Shown piece by piece: positions 1-12,361 of a stretch of 64,000 nt of DNA. Within the stretch, counting starts at the first letter, position 1. The number at the start of each line of letters is the position of its first letter. The notes beneath the pieces are model-generated. The model had not been told where the DNA came from, searched no databases, and was given only the letters and a program-made list of their open reading frames with translations. The position numbers were made by a program, and so were the translations under genes. The stretch is from Squalus acanthias (taxonomy: Eukaryota): positions 104,162,001 through 104,226,000 of the forward strand of contig CM059432.1 of NCBI GenBank assembly GCA_030390025.1. The letters are read 5' to 3'.

Positions 1-454
1 TTTCTACGCCAATCCTGACATGCTGAGCAGAGGCTTTCACTGGTTATTCAGTTACAATGAGAAACCAAATTAAATTGAATACTGGTTGTAGCAGGAAAAG
101 TTTTAATAGAATGGGCAAGTTATGGATCAGGTATCACTAGAATATCTGGCTACACAGAAAAAAAATCTTGTTGACTTGTTCAGATGGCTCCTAAGTCGTA
201 TGGTTAAGCTCAAAACAGATTATTAAACAAGCCTCCAGTTATATAATTGCCTTGAAATCAATCCAGAAAATCCTTTTCAATAATTTAAGTTAATTGTGAA
301 GATTGGGAATGTTCTTTTATTTGACAGCAGCAGCTGCCATGGATAAGGAGTTGTCACATCCATGTCATTAGCGTGTAATGAAATCCACAGCAAAGAATTA
401 TGATTTTTATCATCACTGCAAGTTTGATTGTTAATGAATAATTGACTACACACA

Positions 455-532
455 TCCATACTTAGAGTCATAATGGCACAGGAGGCCGCCATTCGGCCCA
501 ACGAGTCCGTGCCGGCTCTCTGTAGAGCACTT
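455..532 (-). mobile_element. CR1/HE1-type 3' tail fragment
   Basis: Reverse complement of the tail at about 17040-17110 (CTCTACAGAGAGCCGGCACGGACTCG...GGCCGAATGGC). Confidence 0.7.
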
Positions 533-559
533 ACGTGGATCTCTCGTGGCATTTCGCAA

Positions 560-850
560 TGAGCTGGACGAGATGCTCTCTTTCTGTGTATTTACTATTT
601 CCCTCATGTTTCTCCATCTTGTATTTCTCTCCCTTGTTTGTGTTTTTCTCTGTGCTGTTCTGCTTTTCATCATCGCCTCTTAGGTTTTACCACTCTCTGT
701 CCTCCTGTGCTTCTCTTTCTCTCCAGATCTGTTGCTCTTCTACTTTTGCTTATTTCCATCATATTCTGCTCCTTCCTGTCTCTTCCATCTTTTGCTTATC
801 TACATCTGTCCTCTTGTTTTTCTCTGTTCTCTCTTGCCCTTCTGTACTTT
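560..850. repeat. Low-complexity pyrimidine-rich tract
   Basis: Dense TCT/CTG/TTT content; overlapping ORFs are F/S/L-rich artefacts. Confidence 0.6.
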
Positions 851-908
851 CATGTTGGGGCAGGTGGGGAGGCCGGGAAGGAATCCAACTAAGGCACCAG
901 TCTACCTT

Positions 909-1117
909 AAATAAAAACAGAAAATGTTGGAAATACTCAGCCGGTCAGGCAGCATCTGTGGAGAAAGAAACAGAATCAACGTTTCAGGTCGATAACCTTT
1001 CATCGGAACCTGAAACGTTAACTCTGTTTCTCTCTCCACAGATGTTGCCTGACTGGAGTATTTCTAGCATTTTCTGTTTTTATTTCAGATTTCCAGCATC
1101 CACAGTATTTTGCTTTT
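909..1117. mobile_element. Short fold-back Penelope-like terminal remnant
   Basis: Inverted arms of the Penelope terminus also seen at 40529 and 43900; degenerate TSD GCACC(A/T)GTCTAC at 894-905 and 1118-1129. Confidence 0.8.
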
Positions 1118-2673
1118 GCACCTGTCTACATCTCTAGTCACAGGTGGTATGAGCAGGGGCCATGGACTGGCTTTAGATCGCAAGCCAATCAGGGTTGCAT
1201 CCAACCAAGAGCACAGGCCAGTTTTGGATTACCCAAAGAGATAGTCAATTATGCAAGACAAAATGAACACTGTCTGGATTTCTTTTTTTCCACTGATCAA
1301 AAATACAATTTCATTTTAAAATGTGAGCATTTACAATTACATATAAAAAAGCTAATGCTTTGAAAAAGGTCTTTAAGATGTCTGTAACTCCACTTTTGCG
1401 GTATGTAGTGACCTCCTCTGGTCTGCTCTGTTAATACAACAGCAATACAAAAGCTGCAATGCAGCGAACACTGGGGAAGAGTACAGTAGTTTTTAGTACA
1501 TTAAAGCTCAAATCAGCATTATGTTTTTGACTGAGCTCATGCTTTTATCTGAGCTCATGCTTTTATTTACTGGCTATGCTCAACAGCTGAAAGAAACAAT
1601 CCTCAATTTACAAATGACAAAATGATCATATCAAAGGATATATTACCATTACTGTCAGATAAAGAATGTGTCAGAATATTATTTTCTTACAATACTCTGA
1701 TTAATTACAAGTGGATTCCACTTCACTGGCATTTTTTTCCTACTGTATAGAATCACTTTCACAAATTCAAGTCTTCATGCAAGCTCTTTCTACTTCCCAC
1801 CTCCCTGTAAAATTTTAATACCAATTCCCAAGTTATTATTTTCCAATAAAACTATCATTTTGACAGTCTCAATATTTCAATAAAATAGAATAACCCTGTT
1901 ATGTATCAATTTTGCTGCAAGGTGTTTGGGATTATCAATGCAATTAAGTCCGCACTGTTGCTGTCTGATCATTGCTAATTAGGCAATACCATAAAAGTAG
2001 ACACATTTCCTAAAATGCGGCAATTGTTAATGAAGCAGTCCCACAAAGGGAAGACACTGCATTGTAACTTGTCTCTAAAGAGATTGGTTTCTTTGTGCAC
2101 CCTATTTACATTTCATCTTGTGGGCCCTACATACAGAACCAAGCAGTTCAAGTAGCCAAGTTAATCAAAGAAAAGTCTCACATTTCTGAAGAATGTGTTC
2201 CTCTTAGACAAACAAAACTAGGCTAAATTGAAAACAAAGTTAAACACCTGTATAAATACAGAAAATGCAAACTGACCAATGCATTCTCATAGCACGCGCA
2301 AGAGAGAAAAAAACTTCCTGTGATGCAAAACTGTAAATTACAATCTATTTAATTTGTCCTCCCCACATGAAATGGGTAATTTCTAAAAAGTAGAACCTCG
2401 CTAGGAGGAGGTGGGGAGGGGGGAAGAGAAGACAGACAAGCACCAGTCAGTATGCGTGGGGAGAGGGATAACTAAAAACTGAGTAAACATTTTATCGAGT
2501 CAAATACCAACAATATTCATTGAACGTGGTTGGTCCATGCGGTAATCTCATAAACCCCACTATGTTTGAAATAAGCACTCGCAATATTGTTACTGCCATG
2601 GAACACCCAGTTACTTTACTAAGGAGAATCTTTATCGCCAGCTGTAGCAGTGGCGAGTATGCACATTCTTTAA

Positions 2674-2749
2674 GATATATATGATATATATATATATATA
2701 TATGATATAGATATATAGATATATAGATATATAGATATATAGATATATA
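2674..2749. repeat. (TA)n/(GATATA)n microsatellite
   Basis: Visible tandem repeat. Confidence 0.9.
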
Positions 2750-4193
2750 TTTTGAGAACTTAGGGAAAGGGGCAAGTTTCCAAACAGAAGGGGCTTCACT
2801 GTGTAGATATGAGAGATTCGATACATTGTGGGAGTTGTTTCAAATTCTTGTCCCATGTATTTTCAAGTGGCTGTTCAGAAACACTTGTAGAGGGCATTCT
2901 CAACAACCAAACCATTAATCCTACAGTGCACTGTGAAGCGTTCCAAGACTTGTCGCCATCATCTGGGACAGATTTTTTCTGTCTTGTTAAGTCATAGCTT
3001 AAGTTCTCCGGTAGGAGAGCATCTCCAAGAATTAGGCTTTGTTACCAATATGGAACTACTAAAATCATCCTGGTTCCCTCTTCCCTCCTTCTGATGTCAC
3101 TGGTCAAGATTTTTGTCTACACTTTTCCTAGAATACAAAGAGGTCACCAGGAGACAAAACAATAGACTGAAGCAAAAAATCAAAACATTTTCTTAATTAG
3201 CGTACTTCTGAAATTCCAGGTCATCACAAGCCAACGCAGCACTCATGCTTTCACTAAGGATGTCAGCCAGTATTCTCTATCAGCGATGTCCAAACTACTG
3301 TTCATGGACCAAATGCAACTCTAACAATCCGGCCCAAAGCCCAGGGAACTCAATTCTACTTCACTTATTTAATTGCCGATTTGTTTTGTTAAATTGTGTG
3401 GGCCTGGAGGTTTGAAAAAGCTGCTTTTAGCATTAGTGCCTCTTTGATGGATAAATTCTAAATTAGAACACCAAGAGCAGTTAATACCTGCAGCTTGAAA
3501 TACTTGCAAATGAATGGGAATGTGGACTGAAGTTTGTATGTGCCCACAAGACTCCCCAGTATGCACCTAATCAACCCACAAAGACAAAAATCTAGACACT
3601 TCCAGTCTGTATTTCCTCTATTTCACCTGAAGTGACTGCTGCCTTCTGCACCCATATCTATTCACAAGAACATTCCTCGAAAGGGGTCAGACACCTAATT
3701 ATTCCTATTTATTAATACATTTAACCACCAAACGTACTTCATTAAAGACCAACTAATCCTGCGCCACTTCTATAGCTTGAGAAAATACACTAATTTTCCA
3801 ACACCTTAAATAAGAAACCTCACAAAATACATGCATAATATTCCTGAGTCCACAAATGAAGTTGGGATAGCCATGGTGAAGGCTGTCTACATCTTTGTAT
3901 TTTGTAGCTACCTTGTATTTTGTAACTACTAAAGACCTGGTAAGAAGTTGCTTTAAGGACACAAAAGGAATCCTTGCTTTGGTTCCCTTTCCTCTTCTCA
4001 GCCTTTAAATTTTTCTTCATGATCCAGAAACCTTAAACCAGGGATGTCTACAAAGAAAATCCCAACTTACAGATCCACATCCAAGACAACACAGCCTCCT
4101 TACAACTTAGCGGTCAGCATGGCTTCCCATGGGTCTTGTGTTAGGTTTTTAAACTATAATTAAGAAATTATTCCATCCGATTTACCAGCAATT

Positions 4194-4595
4194 TTAGAGC
4201 AGAGAAGGTTGAGAGGAGATTTGATAGAGGTGTTCAAAATCGTGAGGGGTCTAGACAGAGTAGATAGAGAGAAACTGTTCCCATTGGCGGAAGGGTCGAA
4301 AACCAGAGGACACAGATTTAAGGCGATTGGCAGAAGAGCCAAAGGCAACATGAGGAAAAACTTTTTTACGCAGTGAGTGGTTAGGATCTGGAATGCCCTG
4401 CCTGAGAGGGAGGTGGAGGCAGATTCAATTGTGGCTTTCAAAAGGGAATTGGATAAGTACCTGAAGGAAAAATATTTGCAGGGCTATGGGGAAAGGGCAG
4501 GGGAGTGGGACTAGCTGAAGTGCTCTTGCAGAGAGCCGGCACGGGCTCGACGGGCCGAATGACCTCCTTCTGTCTGTAACCATTCTATGATTCTA
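4194..4595 (+). mobile_element. CR1 LINE 3' fragment
   Basis: LEQRRLRGDLIEVFKI, TRGHRFK, FFTQ*VVRIWNALP; ends in CATTCTATGATTCTA tail; nearly the same as the 3' end at 53425-53825. Confidence 0.9.
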
Positions 4596-4606
4596 ATTTG
4601 CAGTGT

Positions 4607-4715
4607 AGACATTACAACAGTGACTACACTTCAAAAAATACTTCATTGGCTGTAAAGAGCTTTGGGACATCTGGTGGTCGTGAAAGGCGCTATATAAATG
4701 CAAGTCTTTCTTTCT
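4607..4715 (+). mobile_element. DeuSINE (SacSINE1-like) 3' tail fragment
   Basis: Matches the 3' end of the full copy at 37385-37840 (ACATTACAACAGTGACTACACTTC...TATATAAATGCAAGTCTTTC). Confidence 0.8.
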
Positions 4716-5942
4716 AGACAGCTGTAAGTGACTATGTAGACCTGAACAATTTGTTACAGGTATGTCCTGTGCCCTATAGCATTCAAGCATCTGGCTTCTA
4801 TCCATGGATATTTGGATCTTTAAATTAGTATGAATATCTCCCAAACACGGTAGGAATACTTGCCTAGACCCAAAGCATTAAGTTTAAACTTAGCCATCTT
4901 CTTAGCTTTGTCACTCTAAATTTTAGCAGCTCTGCAAGCTGCCAGAGTCATCTTTCGCTTAGAACCTTTGACCAAATTCACAAAATGTAAAATCACGATC
5001 TGCTGGGATGAACTAGTTCTGACAATCCAGGAAGTCCTTCCTACAATTTGCATAGATTTTAAATCGAGGGCTTGATATTAATCACCCTTTTTACTAAGAT
5101 TGTTGAGTCCAAACTCAAAACTCAGTGTGCTGGAATAATTCAACTCAATGGGCCAAAAACAAACTGCATTGTTCATAGAAAAGGTAAATGATACCAATGA
5201 GAGAAGAACTGAAGGCAAAACATGGAAAGAGAGTCACATCGTTAAACTTTGCAAATCTCAAAAGGGACAAGCATTCTAAATGTTTCCCCTGTGGAGTTGT
5301 TCAACTTCTCTACACTATTTGGAGAAAAATAACTATCAAAGCAGATTCAAAAACCAAGCCATTTCTTAGCAACATAAAATAGCCAGCGTTAAAGCAAAAG
5401 ATTTCAGTTTGATTTTCCTTAAAAACAGTTATAAGACTTCAAACCAATTTTTTCAAACAAGTTAGTTAATTTCATCAATACAGTTCAGGATATTAGATCA
5501 ACTGACATTACAAACCAAAAATAATGGACATTTTAGAAGTAAATGATTTTTGGAGGAAATTGAAATCAAATATCTCACAATGCTCTTAGAAAATCAGCTG
5601 TCCTACTACATACGGTAGCATAATTAAACAAATCAAAAATTACTGGATAACATGTACATTGTTACAAAATGTATAAATTGACCTGGCAGTTTACACTACT
5701 TAAGTGAGTACATTTCCAAAGATGAATGCTGGGTTGTTGGGCAGAGCAAAACTAATTGGTACCAACAGTCTACAAGTGGGAAAGATCTGTGTGCATAGCT
5801 TTCTTTTTATATACCACAGTTACATTAAGGTTGAGTACAAGTGCAGTGAAGCACTATCTTTATCCAATAGTCATTGGAATAGGAGGAGGCCATTCAGCCC
5901 CTCGAGTCTGTCCACCATGGCTGATCTGTACCTCAAATGGAT

Positions 5943-6580
5943 CCGTGGTTCTCAAACTAGGGTCCAGAGACTTTCCAGGGGGTCTGCGACCGGAGGTAAT
6001 TTCAAGCCTGCTCCTCTTTATAAAACCGACACTGATTCAGTTCTTGCGAATTATTCTCAGCAGCTGGACCCGCCTCCTCAGAGGCACACAACTCTCACTC
6101 ACTTTGCAACATGCGCTCCCCGCCAGTCGAGCAGATTCCTCTCCGAGGCTGCAGCCCTGTGCCATCCTCCCGACACGTGATCAGAGCGCCTGCGGGGCCC
6201 TTCAAACACGTGCCTGAACGTGTTCACGCAAACATGTACAATCCCACAATGCAGCTGTTACAGAACATGCCAGTGGGACAGTATGGCGGTGAGTCATGCT
6301 TCCAGCTGCATCCCAGCATGTGCCCTCACTCACCTTGGCCAGCCTGCTGACTGCTTTAAAAACTGTCCAGCACTACGTGGCGAATAGTGGCCATCTGTTG
6401 CTGCAGACTACCCAGAATTGGTGTGAGAAGCAGGCACACCCATCTCACCTATACCTGTAAGTAAATATCTGTTTTCTTAAAAGCATTATTAAAACACTCC
6501 TTACACTTTCATATTATGAGTATTATATAGTATTCCATTTGACATGGGGTCCTTCAAACAAAAAAGTTTGAGAACCACTG
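5943..6580. mobile_element. Non-autonomous hAT (Charlie-type) DNA transposon
   Basis: 16-bp TIRs C(C/A)GTGGTTCTCAAACT at 5943-5958 and 6565-6580; degenerate 8-bp TSD AAATGGAT / AACTAGAT. Confidence 0.8.
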
Positions 6581-8124
6581 AACTAGATGTTGGTATATTT
6601 CAAACTTTGCCCTTTGACCAAAATCTAGAAATTCATTCCCATGAACTAAAATAATGTATCTCTGATCAATCCTGGATTAAATCTTGCGTTGAAAAGGTCA
6701 TAATTTTATCTCCACTTTGGGAATTTTAAAAAGGTAGCAGGAACAACCAGTCGCCTATGCACCAAGGTAGAAAATAGTTCATATAACCCAGAGGGGGCAA
6801 ATCAAAACACTCTTCACCTTCATAAATCTTTAATAGTTTAAGGAATGGAGATCTGTGCATACCTCTCCACCCCCCCCACATGAATAGGACATAATCCAAA
6901 AATTATAAAGAAAATTGGATTTTATGTAGGGCCCAACAGGTTATCCAGTATCTGAAAACATCTGTTACCTTTACTGAGCTTGCATTTTGCATTATCTTAA
7001 CATAATCTACTGTAGGACCGCAATGAAATAATGAAACATCAGATTAATAAATTATTCCAAAAATGTGCCAACTAAGAAATTAATTAAGAATAAATTTAAA
7101 TACTAGAAAAATGACTTCCTGATAAAAGGTCCACTTGAGCAAAGAGCAACTTCTTACATATGAAAGTTAATAAAATTTGCACGTTTGATACATTTTACAT
7201 TCAAAACATAATGAACACATGAAACAGGGCTCGGAAACTGCACTAGTACAAACCTGAAAAAAAGATTGAAGGGTCTGGGCTACACAAAACTCCAGTCTCA
7301 CGATATGTAGTTGACTTTTAATACCCACTGACATTAACAGTGGTAAACAATCAATAAAAAGTTCAAAAATAAAGAAAAAAAGAAATTGGACAGACCGATC
7401 AGCAGCAATTTAGGTAATTCCAGTCCAGTCACCCTTGCAAATTCCTTCCTGCAAACATCTGGGGACTGGTGCCCCTAAGTCGGGGGAACTGTCCCACAGA
7501 CAAGTCAAGCAAGAGCCTGACAGGCATGTTCACAGAATCATCAGTCAACATTGCAGGCTCCTCTCTCACTGACCTGGGTATGCTTTGTCCCACCAGCAGG
7601 ACAGACACACCAGAGATAGGATAACAGTGCTGTGCAGTTGGGTTTGAGACACCTTGGAAGTCCTCAACACTGATGTCTTGGGTCCAACAAGGTCAAAAAA
7701 ACCTCCTGTTGATTACTGTCTACTTCAAACCCCAGCTTTACCTCATCCTCGCCAGCCTACTTGTTAAAAGACATGCCTGTCCACAATAGCATTGGTAGGA
7801 GTGACTACTGCACAGTCTTTGCAAAGACAAAGTCTCATCTTCACAGTGAGGACACCCTCCATTATGCAGTCAAAGTCAACAGTAACAGTGATCATAACTG
7901 GCCTAAAGATGGGCATTCATGAGGTGCTGTCCACCATCAACAGCAGAATTGTATAACACCACAATTTGTAACTTCATGGCCTGATATATTCCTCACTCCT
8001 CCATCTCCATTAAACTGAAAGATCAACCCTGGTTCAATGAGGATTTTAAAAGATCGTGCCAAGAACAGCACCAGGCATACCATTGAATGAGGTACCAACC
8101 TAATGCAGTCACAACAAAAGGCTA

Positions 8125-8307
8125 TGTCGTAAGAATGAGCCTTACGCGTGGTAAACTTAATGTAAGCTTTAATCAACTTAAAACGGTGCTGCATACAAAA
8201 GAGGTCTTACCCTATGCCTCTTCCAGAGCTAACTGATCAGTCCAGTATTTATCCTGGACTGATTACAGGAAGTGATGTCATACAGGAAGCTGAAAAGTGT
8301 TACCACA
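8125..8307 (-). repeat. Gypsy 3' LTR (183 bp), preceded by polypurine tract GGGGGGGGAGAA (8308-8319)
   Basis: Direct repeat of 12362-12544; PPT immediately adjacent on the minus strand. Confidence 0.95.
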
Positions 8308-8325
8308 TTCTCCCCCCCCAAAAGA

Positions 8326-11300
8326 TTAGGAGGCCGGGATGCTCCCTCCATTTCGTAGCCGTTGGATGAGGGAGAGCCGCACCCGTTTGGGTTCTCGTAG
8401 CGGTAGAGGGCCCCTAGCCCGTTTACCCGCTGCGGGCCATGGACCAGAGTCCGAGTGCTCCAGCCCGCTCTGTGAGGGGTCAGAACGATCCTGACTGTGT
8501 ACTGGTACCCGAATGGGTGTCGGGCAGGGCTGTGGCAGATCCGTTTCTGAGCGTACGGTACAGGGTTGATCGTGGCTGCGCGTGCGAGCCCCGACGGGCT
8601 CATAGTCAGTCTGCCCCAGGTCGGCACGCTGGAGTGAGGTACCAGCCGGCGTCAGATCCCGATCATGATGAGAGGCACCTGGCAAGCCCAGAGATGTGCC
8701 TGGTACAATATCATCCCCTGGTGTCCCTCTATGTTTCGGCGGGCAGGGAGCCAGATCCCGCAATGACACGGTAGATTCCCGACCGTCAGGATACCGAATA
8801 TAGGCGTAGGTAGGGTTGACGTCAGTGAGCTCAACCTCATCTACCAGGGGGTCATTCTTAGACGCCCGGACATATCTTCGGAGTAGCACTGGTCCCGGTG
8901 CAGTCAGCCACGACGGGAGAGATGTCCCATAGGATGAGCGACGCTGAAATCGGAAGAACCGTTCATGAGGCGTCGTATTTGTGGCGGTCGAAAGGAGGGA
9001 CCGTGTGGAGTGTAATGCGTCTGGAAGTACTGCTTCCCAATGCTGGTTGGGTAGGCCCCGAGATCTCAAAGCCAGACGTACCGCATTCCAGATGATAGCG
9101 TTAAAACGCTCGACTTGCCCATTCCCAACCGGATGATAAGGCGTCGTTTTGCTGGCAGCAATACCCCGTTCCGAGAGATAGGCCTTGAGTTCTCCCGACA
9201 TAAAAGAAGGGCCCCGATCTGAATGAACATAGGATGCCATGCCACAGAAAGCAAATACCTGTTCAAGGCAGCTGATAACCGTGGTTGTCAGCATATTGGG
9301 GCAGGGAAAGGCAAACGGAAAACGAGAATACTCATCAACCATTGTTAATAGATAAGTGTTGCGAGTCGAAGAGGGCAACGGCCCCTTAAAATCGATGCTA
9401 AGCCTTTGCATTGGCTGGGTCGCATGTATGAGTATACCACCCGAGGGGCGGAAAAACCGAGGTTTCAATTCCGCACAGACTCTGCAGTCCGAGCACATCT
9501 TCTTTACATCCCCGGTAGAGAATGGGAGATTTCGGGACCGCACGAAGTGCAGCATGCGAGTAACGCCTGGATGACACAACCCATCATGGATGTCTACGAG
9601 CGTAGAGGGTGCTATGGCGGAGCAGAATGCTCGTGTGAGGGTATCCGGAGCCACATTCTCCTTGCCAGGTCGATAGTGGATGGTGTAACCAAAAGAGGCC
9701 AATTCCAGCCGCCAAAGCTGGATTTTATTATTTTTAATTTTGGTCCGTTTTCGATTATCGAGCATGAAGGCGACCGATCGCTGGTCCGTGATTAAGGTAA
9801 AGTGCTGGCGAGCCAGGAGATGACTCCACTTCCGTACTGCCTCTATGATGGCTGTAGCTTCTTTCTCGACTGGAGGATAATGTAGCTCAGCCCCTTGAAA
9901 AGTCCTGGACAAAAATGCCACCGGACGACCTTCCTGATTCAGAGTGGCTGAGATTGCCACCTCCGAGGCATCACACTCAACCACGAAAGGAAGACTCTCA
10001 TCGATGGAGTGAAGAGCCGCTTTCTCCAACTGCTTTTTCAGGAGGTTAAAGGCTGCAACAGCCGTTGTGTCTAGTGGGAATGTGCTGGCCTTCAGTAGAG
10101 GTTGGATTCGGTCCGAGAAGTTAGGAATCCATTTCGCATAGTATGCAAACAGGCCGAGGGCCCGGCGCAAGGAGGCCGGATTCTTAGGTGGCGGGAGTTC
10201 TTGGAGTGGGCGAAGCCTTTCAGGGTCAGGTTTAATGATGCCATTGCCCACACAATAGCCAAGGATGTTGATAGTTGGTTGTGACTCAATGGATTTAGCC
10301 GCATTCAATGTCAAATTACGGTGCTGGAGTGCATCCCAAAATCGTTGGAGATTGGCGTCATGTTCCTGCTGATTGCGACCTGCGACAGTAATATTGTCCA
10401 GATAAGGAAACGTATCCTTCAAGTCTTCCTGTTTGACCAGGTCATCCATTGCTCGCTGGAAGACAGCCACTCCATTAGTGACCCCAAAGGGGAGGCGACG
10501 AAATTGATACAGCCGCCCATTGGCTTCAAAGGCTGTATACTGCTTGTCTGAGACCTTCAAGGGTACCTGATGATAGGCGCTTTTCAGATCATAAGTCGAG
10601 AACACCGTGTACTCAGCCAATTTATTAACCATATCATCGATGCGCGGCAATGGGTATGCGTCCAAGTCCGTATACTGATTGATGGTCTGTGAATAGTCAA
10701 TGCACAGCCGTTTCTTGTGAGGTTGTAGAGGGTTCTTAACAATAACGACCTGGGCGCGCCATGGCGACGAACAAGGCTCGATGATATCCTCTGCTAAAAG
10801 CCGAGAAATCTCAGCCGCAATAAAAGACTGGTCTTCCTGACTGAAACGGCGTGACTTTGTTATAATCGGTTTGCATCGAGGAGGGATACTGGCAAACAGT
10901 GAGGGTTCATCCAGTGAAGCTGCTGACAAGGCACAGAACGGTAATCGAGGTCGTATATTAGAAATAGTGAGTTCAGGTTTGGATCCGCCGAACTCAATGG
11001 TAAGCTTCTTATGCTGCTTTTGAAAATCCAGCCCTAAGATAAGATCACTACATAAGTCCTTGAGCACCGAAAGCCGGGTGGAGGGATACCTGTGACCTTT
11101 AAGCATTATTTCAACTACACAGAAGCCAGAAATTCTGGTATTAAGTGATGACTGAGCCATCGCAACTGCCTGGTCCGATGGAAAAACATGTAGCTTTAAC
11201 TGTGCAACAGTCTGTTCCCTAATGAAACTATCAGTGCTACCTGAGTCAATTAAGGCATCTAAAGTATGTCCATTAATTGATGCTTTTGTAGCTGCATGGA

Positions 11301-12282
11301 ATAGATTCTGAGGACAAGCAGCTGTAATTGGTGTCGTTGCACAAAGAGTGGCTGAAATTCTAGGTGTGTTTCTTCGAGAAAAAACCCGAGAGGAAGCACG
11401 ATAGTTTTTAGTTGGAACATCCTGATAGGCCCTTACTGGGGCAGTTCGGTAGGACTTAGCTTGATAAGCCCTCGTAGAGGCTCTTGATAGGCAAACCTTT
11501 ACAAAATGACCCTTTTTGTTGCAATGACTGCAAAACGCATTGCGAGCAGGGCAGAATCTCCGAGGGTGAAACTCATCACCACAAAAAAAGCATTTCTTAG
11601 ATTGCCAAGAGGCTGCCACAGTGGGGTCATCATCCTCTTCATCAGTGAAGTCATCAGATCGATCGTCAGGGATAAAGTCCTCCCTAATAGAGTTCACCTG
11701 TGGCCTCTTAAATTGCCTGACTGTAGTTAAGGCAGCAGACCGAGGTCTGGGCACTGTAAAAAGGTCTGCATTTCTTTTTGCCAGATCTAGAGAGCAAGCC
11801 AGGTCATAAGCTCTCTGCAGCTCAAGTGTCTTACTTTCCAGTAGACGCTGGCGTATAAATGGGGAGGCAAGCCCGCAGATGAACGCATCACGGATCATTT
11901 CTTCGCGGTATAGCTCAGCTGAGGCTGCCCGAAAGTTACAGTCCATACTAAGTCTGCGAAGCTCTTGGAGGAATTCATCAATGGATTCCTCCGGCCCTTG
12001 TTGGGCTGTAGCTAGTAGATGTCTAGCAGAGACCTCATTCGGTGTCTTAGTATATAGTCTCTTAAGCGTCTGAATTGCCTCCTCATAACTGTCCCAGTCT
12101 TCCACATACTGAAATACATTCGGGGTGACACAGTTGATGAGTATCCGCAACTTTGAGTTATCATCAGCTTTGCAATACTCAAGAAAATTCTCAAACGTGC
12201 GATACCAGTGTTTCCACACCTTACCGGCTGCTGGGGTGTTTGGGTCCAAGTCAAGACGCGATGGTTTAAGGATGTTTTCCAT
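8326..12282 (-). CDS. Gypsy Gag-Pol polyprotein, 1318 aa, uninterrupted
   Basis: CCHC knuckles (CFFCGDEFHPRRFC, CSHCNKKGHFVKVC), protease LIDSGST, RT (RLCIDY, DLKSAYHQ, LPFG, YLDN), RNase H (ECDAS, EKEA, TDQ), integrase HHCC and DDE (IDFKGP, SDRG, ERFN). Confidence 0.96.
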   Translation of the reverse strand: MENILKPSRLDLDPNTPAAGKVWKHWYRTFENFLEYCKADDNSKLRILINCVTPNVFQYVEDWDSYEEAIQTLKRLYTKTPNEVSARHLLATAQQGPEESIDEFLQELRRLSMDCNFRAASAELYREEMIRDAFICGLASPFIRQRLLESKTLELQRAYDLACSLDLAKRNADLFTVPRPRSAALTTVRQFKRPQVNSIREDFIPDDRSDDFTDEEDDDPTVAASWQSKKCFFCGDEFHPRRFCPARNAFCSHCNKKGHFVKVCLSRASTRAYQAKSYRTAPVRAYQDVPTKNYRASSRVFSRRNTPRISATLCATTPITAACPQNLFHAATKASINGHTLDALIDSGSTDSFIREQTVAQLKLHVFPSDQAVAMAQSSLNTRISGFCVVEIMLKGHRYPSTRLSVLKDLCSDLILGLDFQKQHKKLTIEFGGSKPELTISNIRPRLPFCALSAASLDEPSLFASIPPRCKPIITKSRRFSQEDQSFIAAEISRLLAEDIIEPCSSPWRAQVVIVKNPLQPHKKRLCIDYSQTINQYTDLDAYPLPRIDDMVNKLAEYTVFSTYDLKSAYHQVPLKVSDKQYTAFEANGRLYQFRRLPFGVTNGVAVFQRAMDDLVKQEDLKDTFPYLDNITVAGRNQQEHDANLQRFWDALQHRNLTLNAAKSIESQPTINILGYCVGNGIIKPDPERLRPLQELPPPKNPASLRRALGLFAYYAKWIPNFSDRIQPLLKASTFPLDTTAVAAFNLLKKQLEKAALHSIDESLPFVVECDASEVAISATLNQEGRPVAFLSRTFQGAELHYPPVEKEATAIIEAVRKWSHLLARQHFTLITDQRSVAFMLDNRKRTKIKNNKIQLWRLELASFGYTIHYRPGKENVAPDTLTRAFCSAIAPSTLVDIHDGLCHPGVTRMLHFVRSRNLPFSTGDVKKMCSDCRVCAELKPRFFRPSGGILIHATQPMQRLSIDFKGPLPSSTRNTYLLTMVDEYSRFPFAFPCPNMLTTTVISCLEQVFAFCGMASYVHSDRGPSFMSGELKAYLSERGIAASKTTPYHPVGNGQVERFNAIIWNAVRLALRSRGLPNQHWEAVLPDALHSTRSLLSTATNTTPHERFFRFQRRSSYGTSLPSWLTAPGPVLLRRYVRASKNDPLVDEVELTDVNPTYAYIRYPDGRESTVSLRDLAPCPPKHRGTPGDDIVPGTSLGLPGASHHDRDLTPAGTSLQRADLGQTDYEPVGARTRSHDQPCTVRSETDLPQPCPTPIRVPVHSQDRSDPSQSGLEHSDSGPWPAAGKRARGPLPLREPKRVRLSLIQRLRNGGSIPAS

Positions 12283-12361
12283 GATGGGTGATTCCCTGGA
12301 TCCTTAGCTCCGAGTTCGTCCAAAAAGTTTGAGTGCGAAGTTTTTCCAAAGTTGATTAAAT

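Noticed and set aside
535..1137. 200-aa hydrophobic ORF
   Set aside because: Product of a pyrimidine-rich tract plus a Penelope remnant; no domain motif
5704..6350. Overlapping 150-aa ORFs
   Set aside because: They cross a hAT MITE boundary and show no transposase or other motifs
8439..12307. Antisense and alternative-frame ORFs within the Gypsy element
   Set aside because: Short shadows of the long gag-pol ORF with no motifs; no env-like ORF is present
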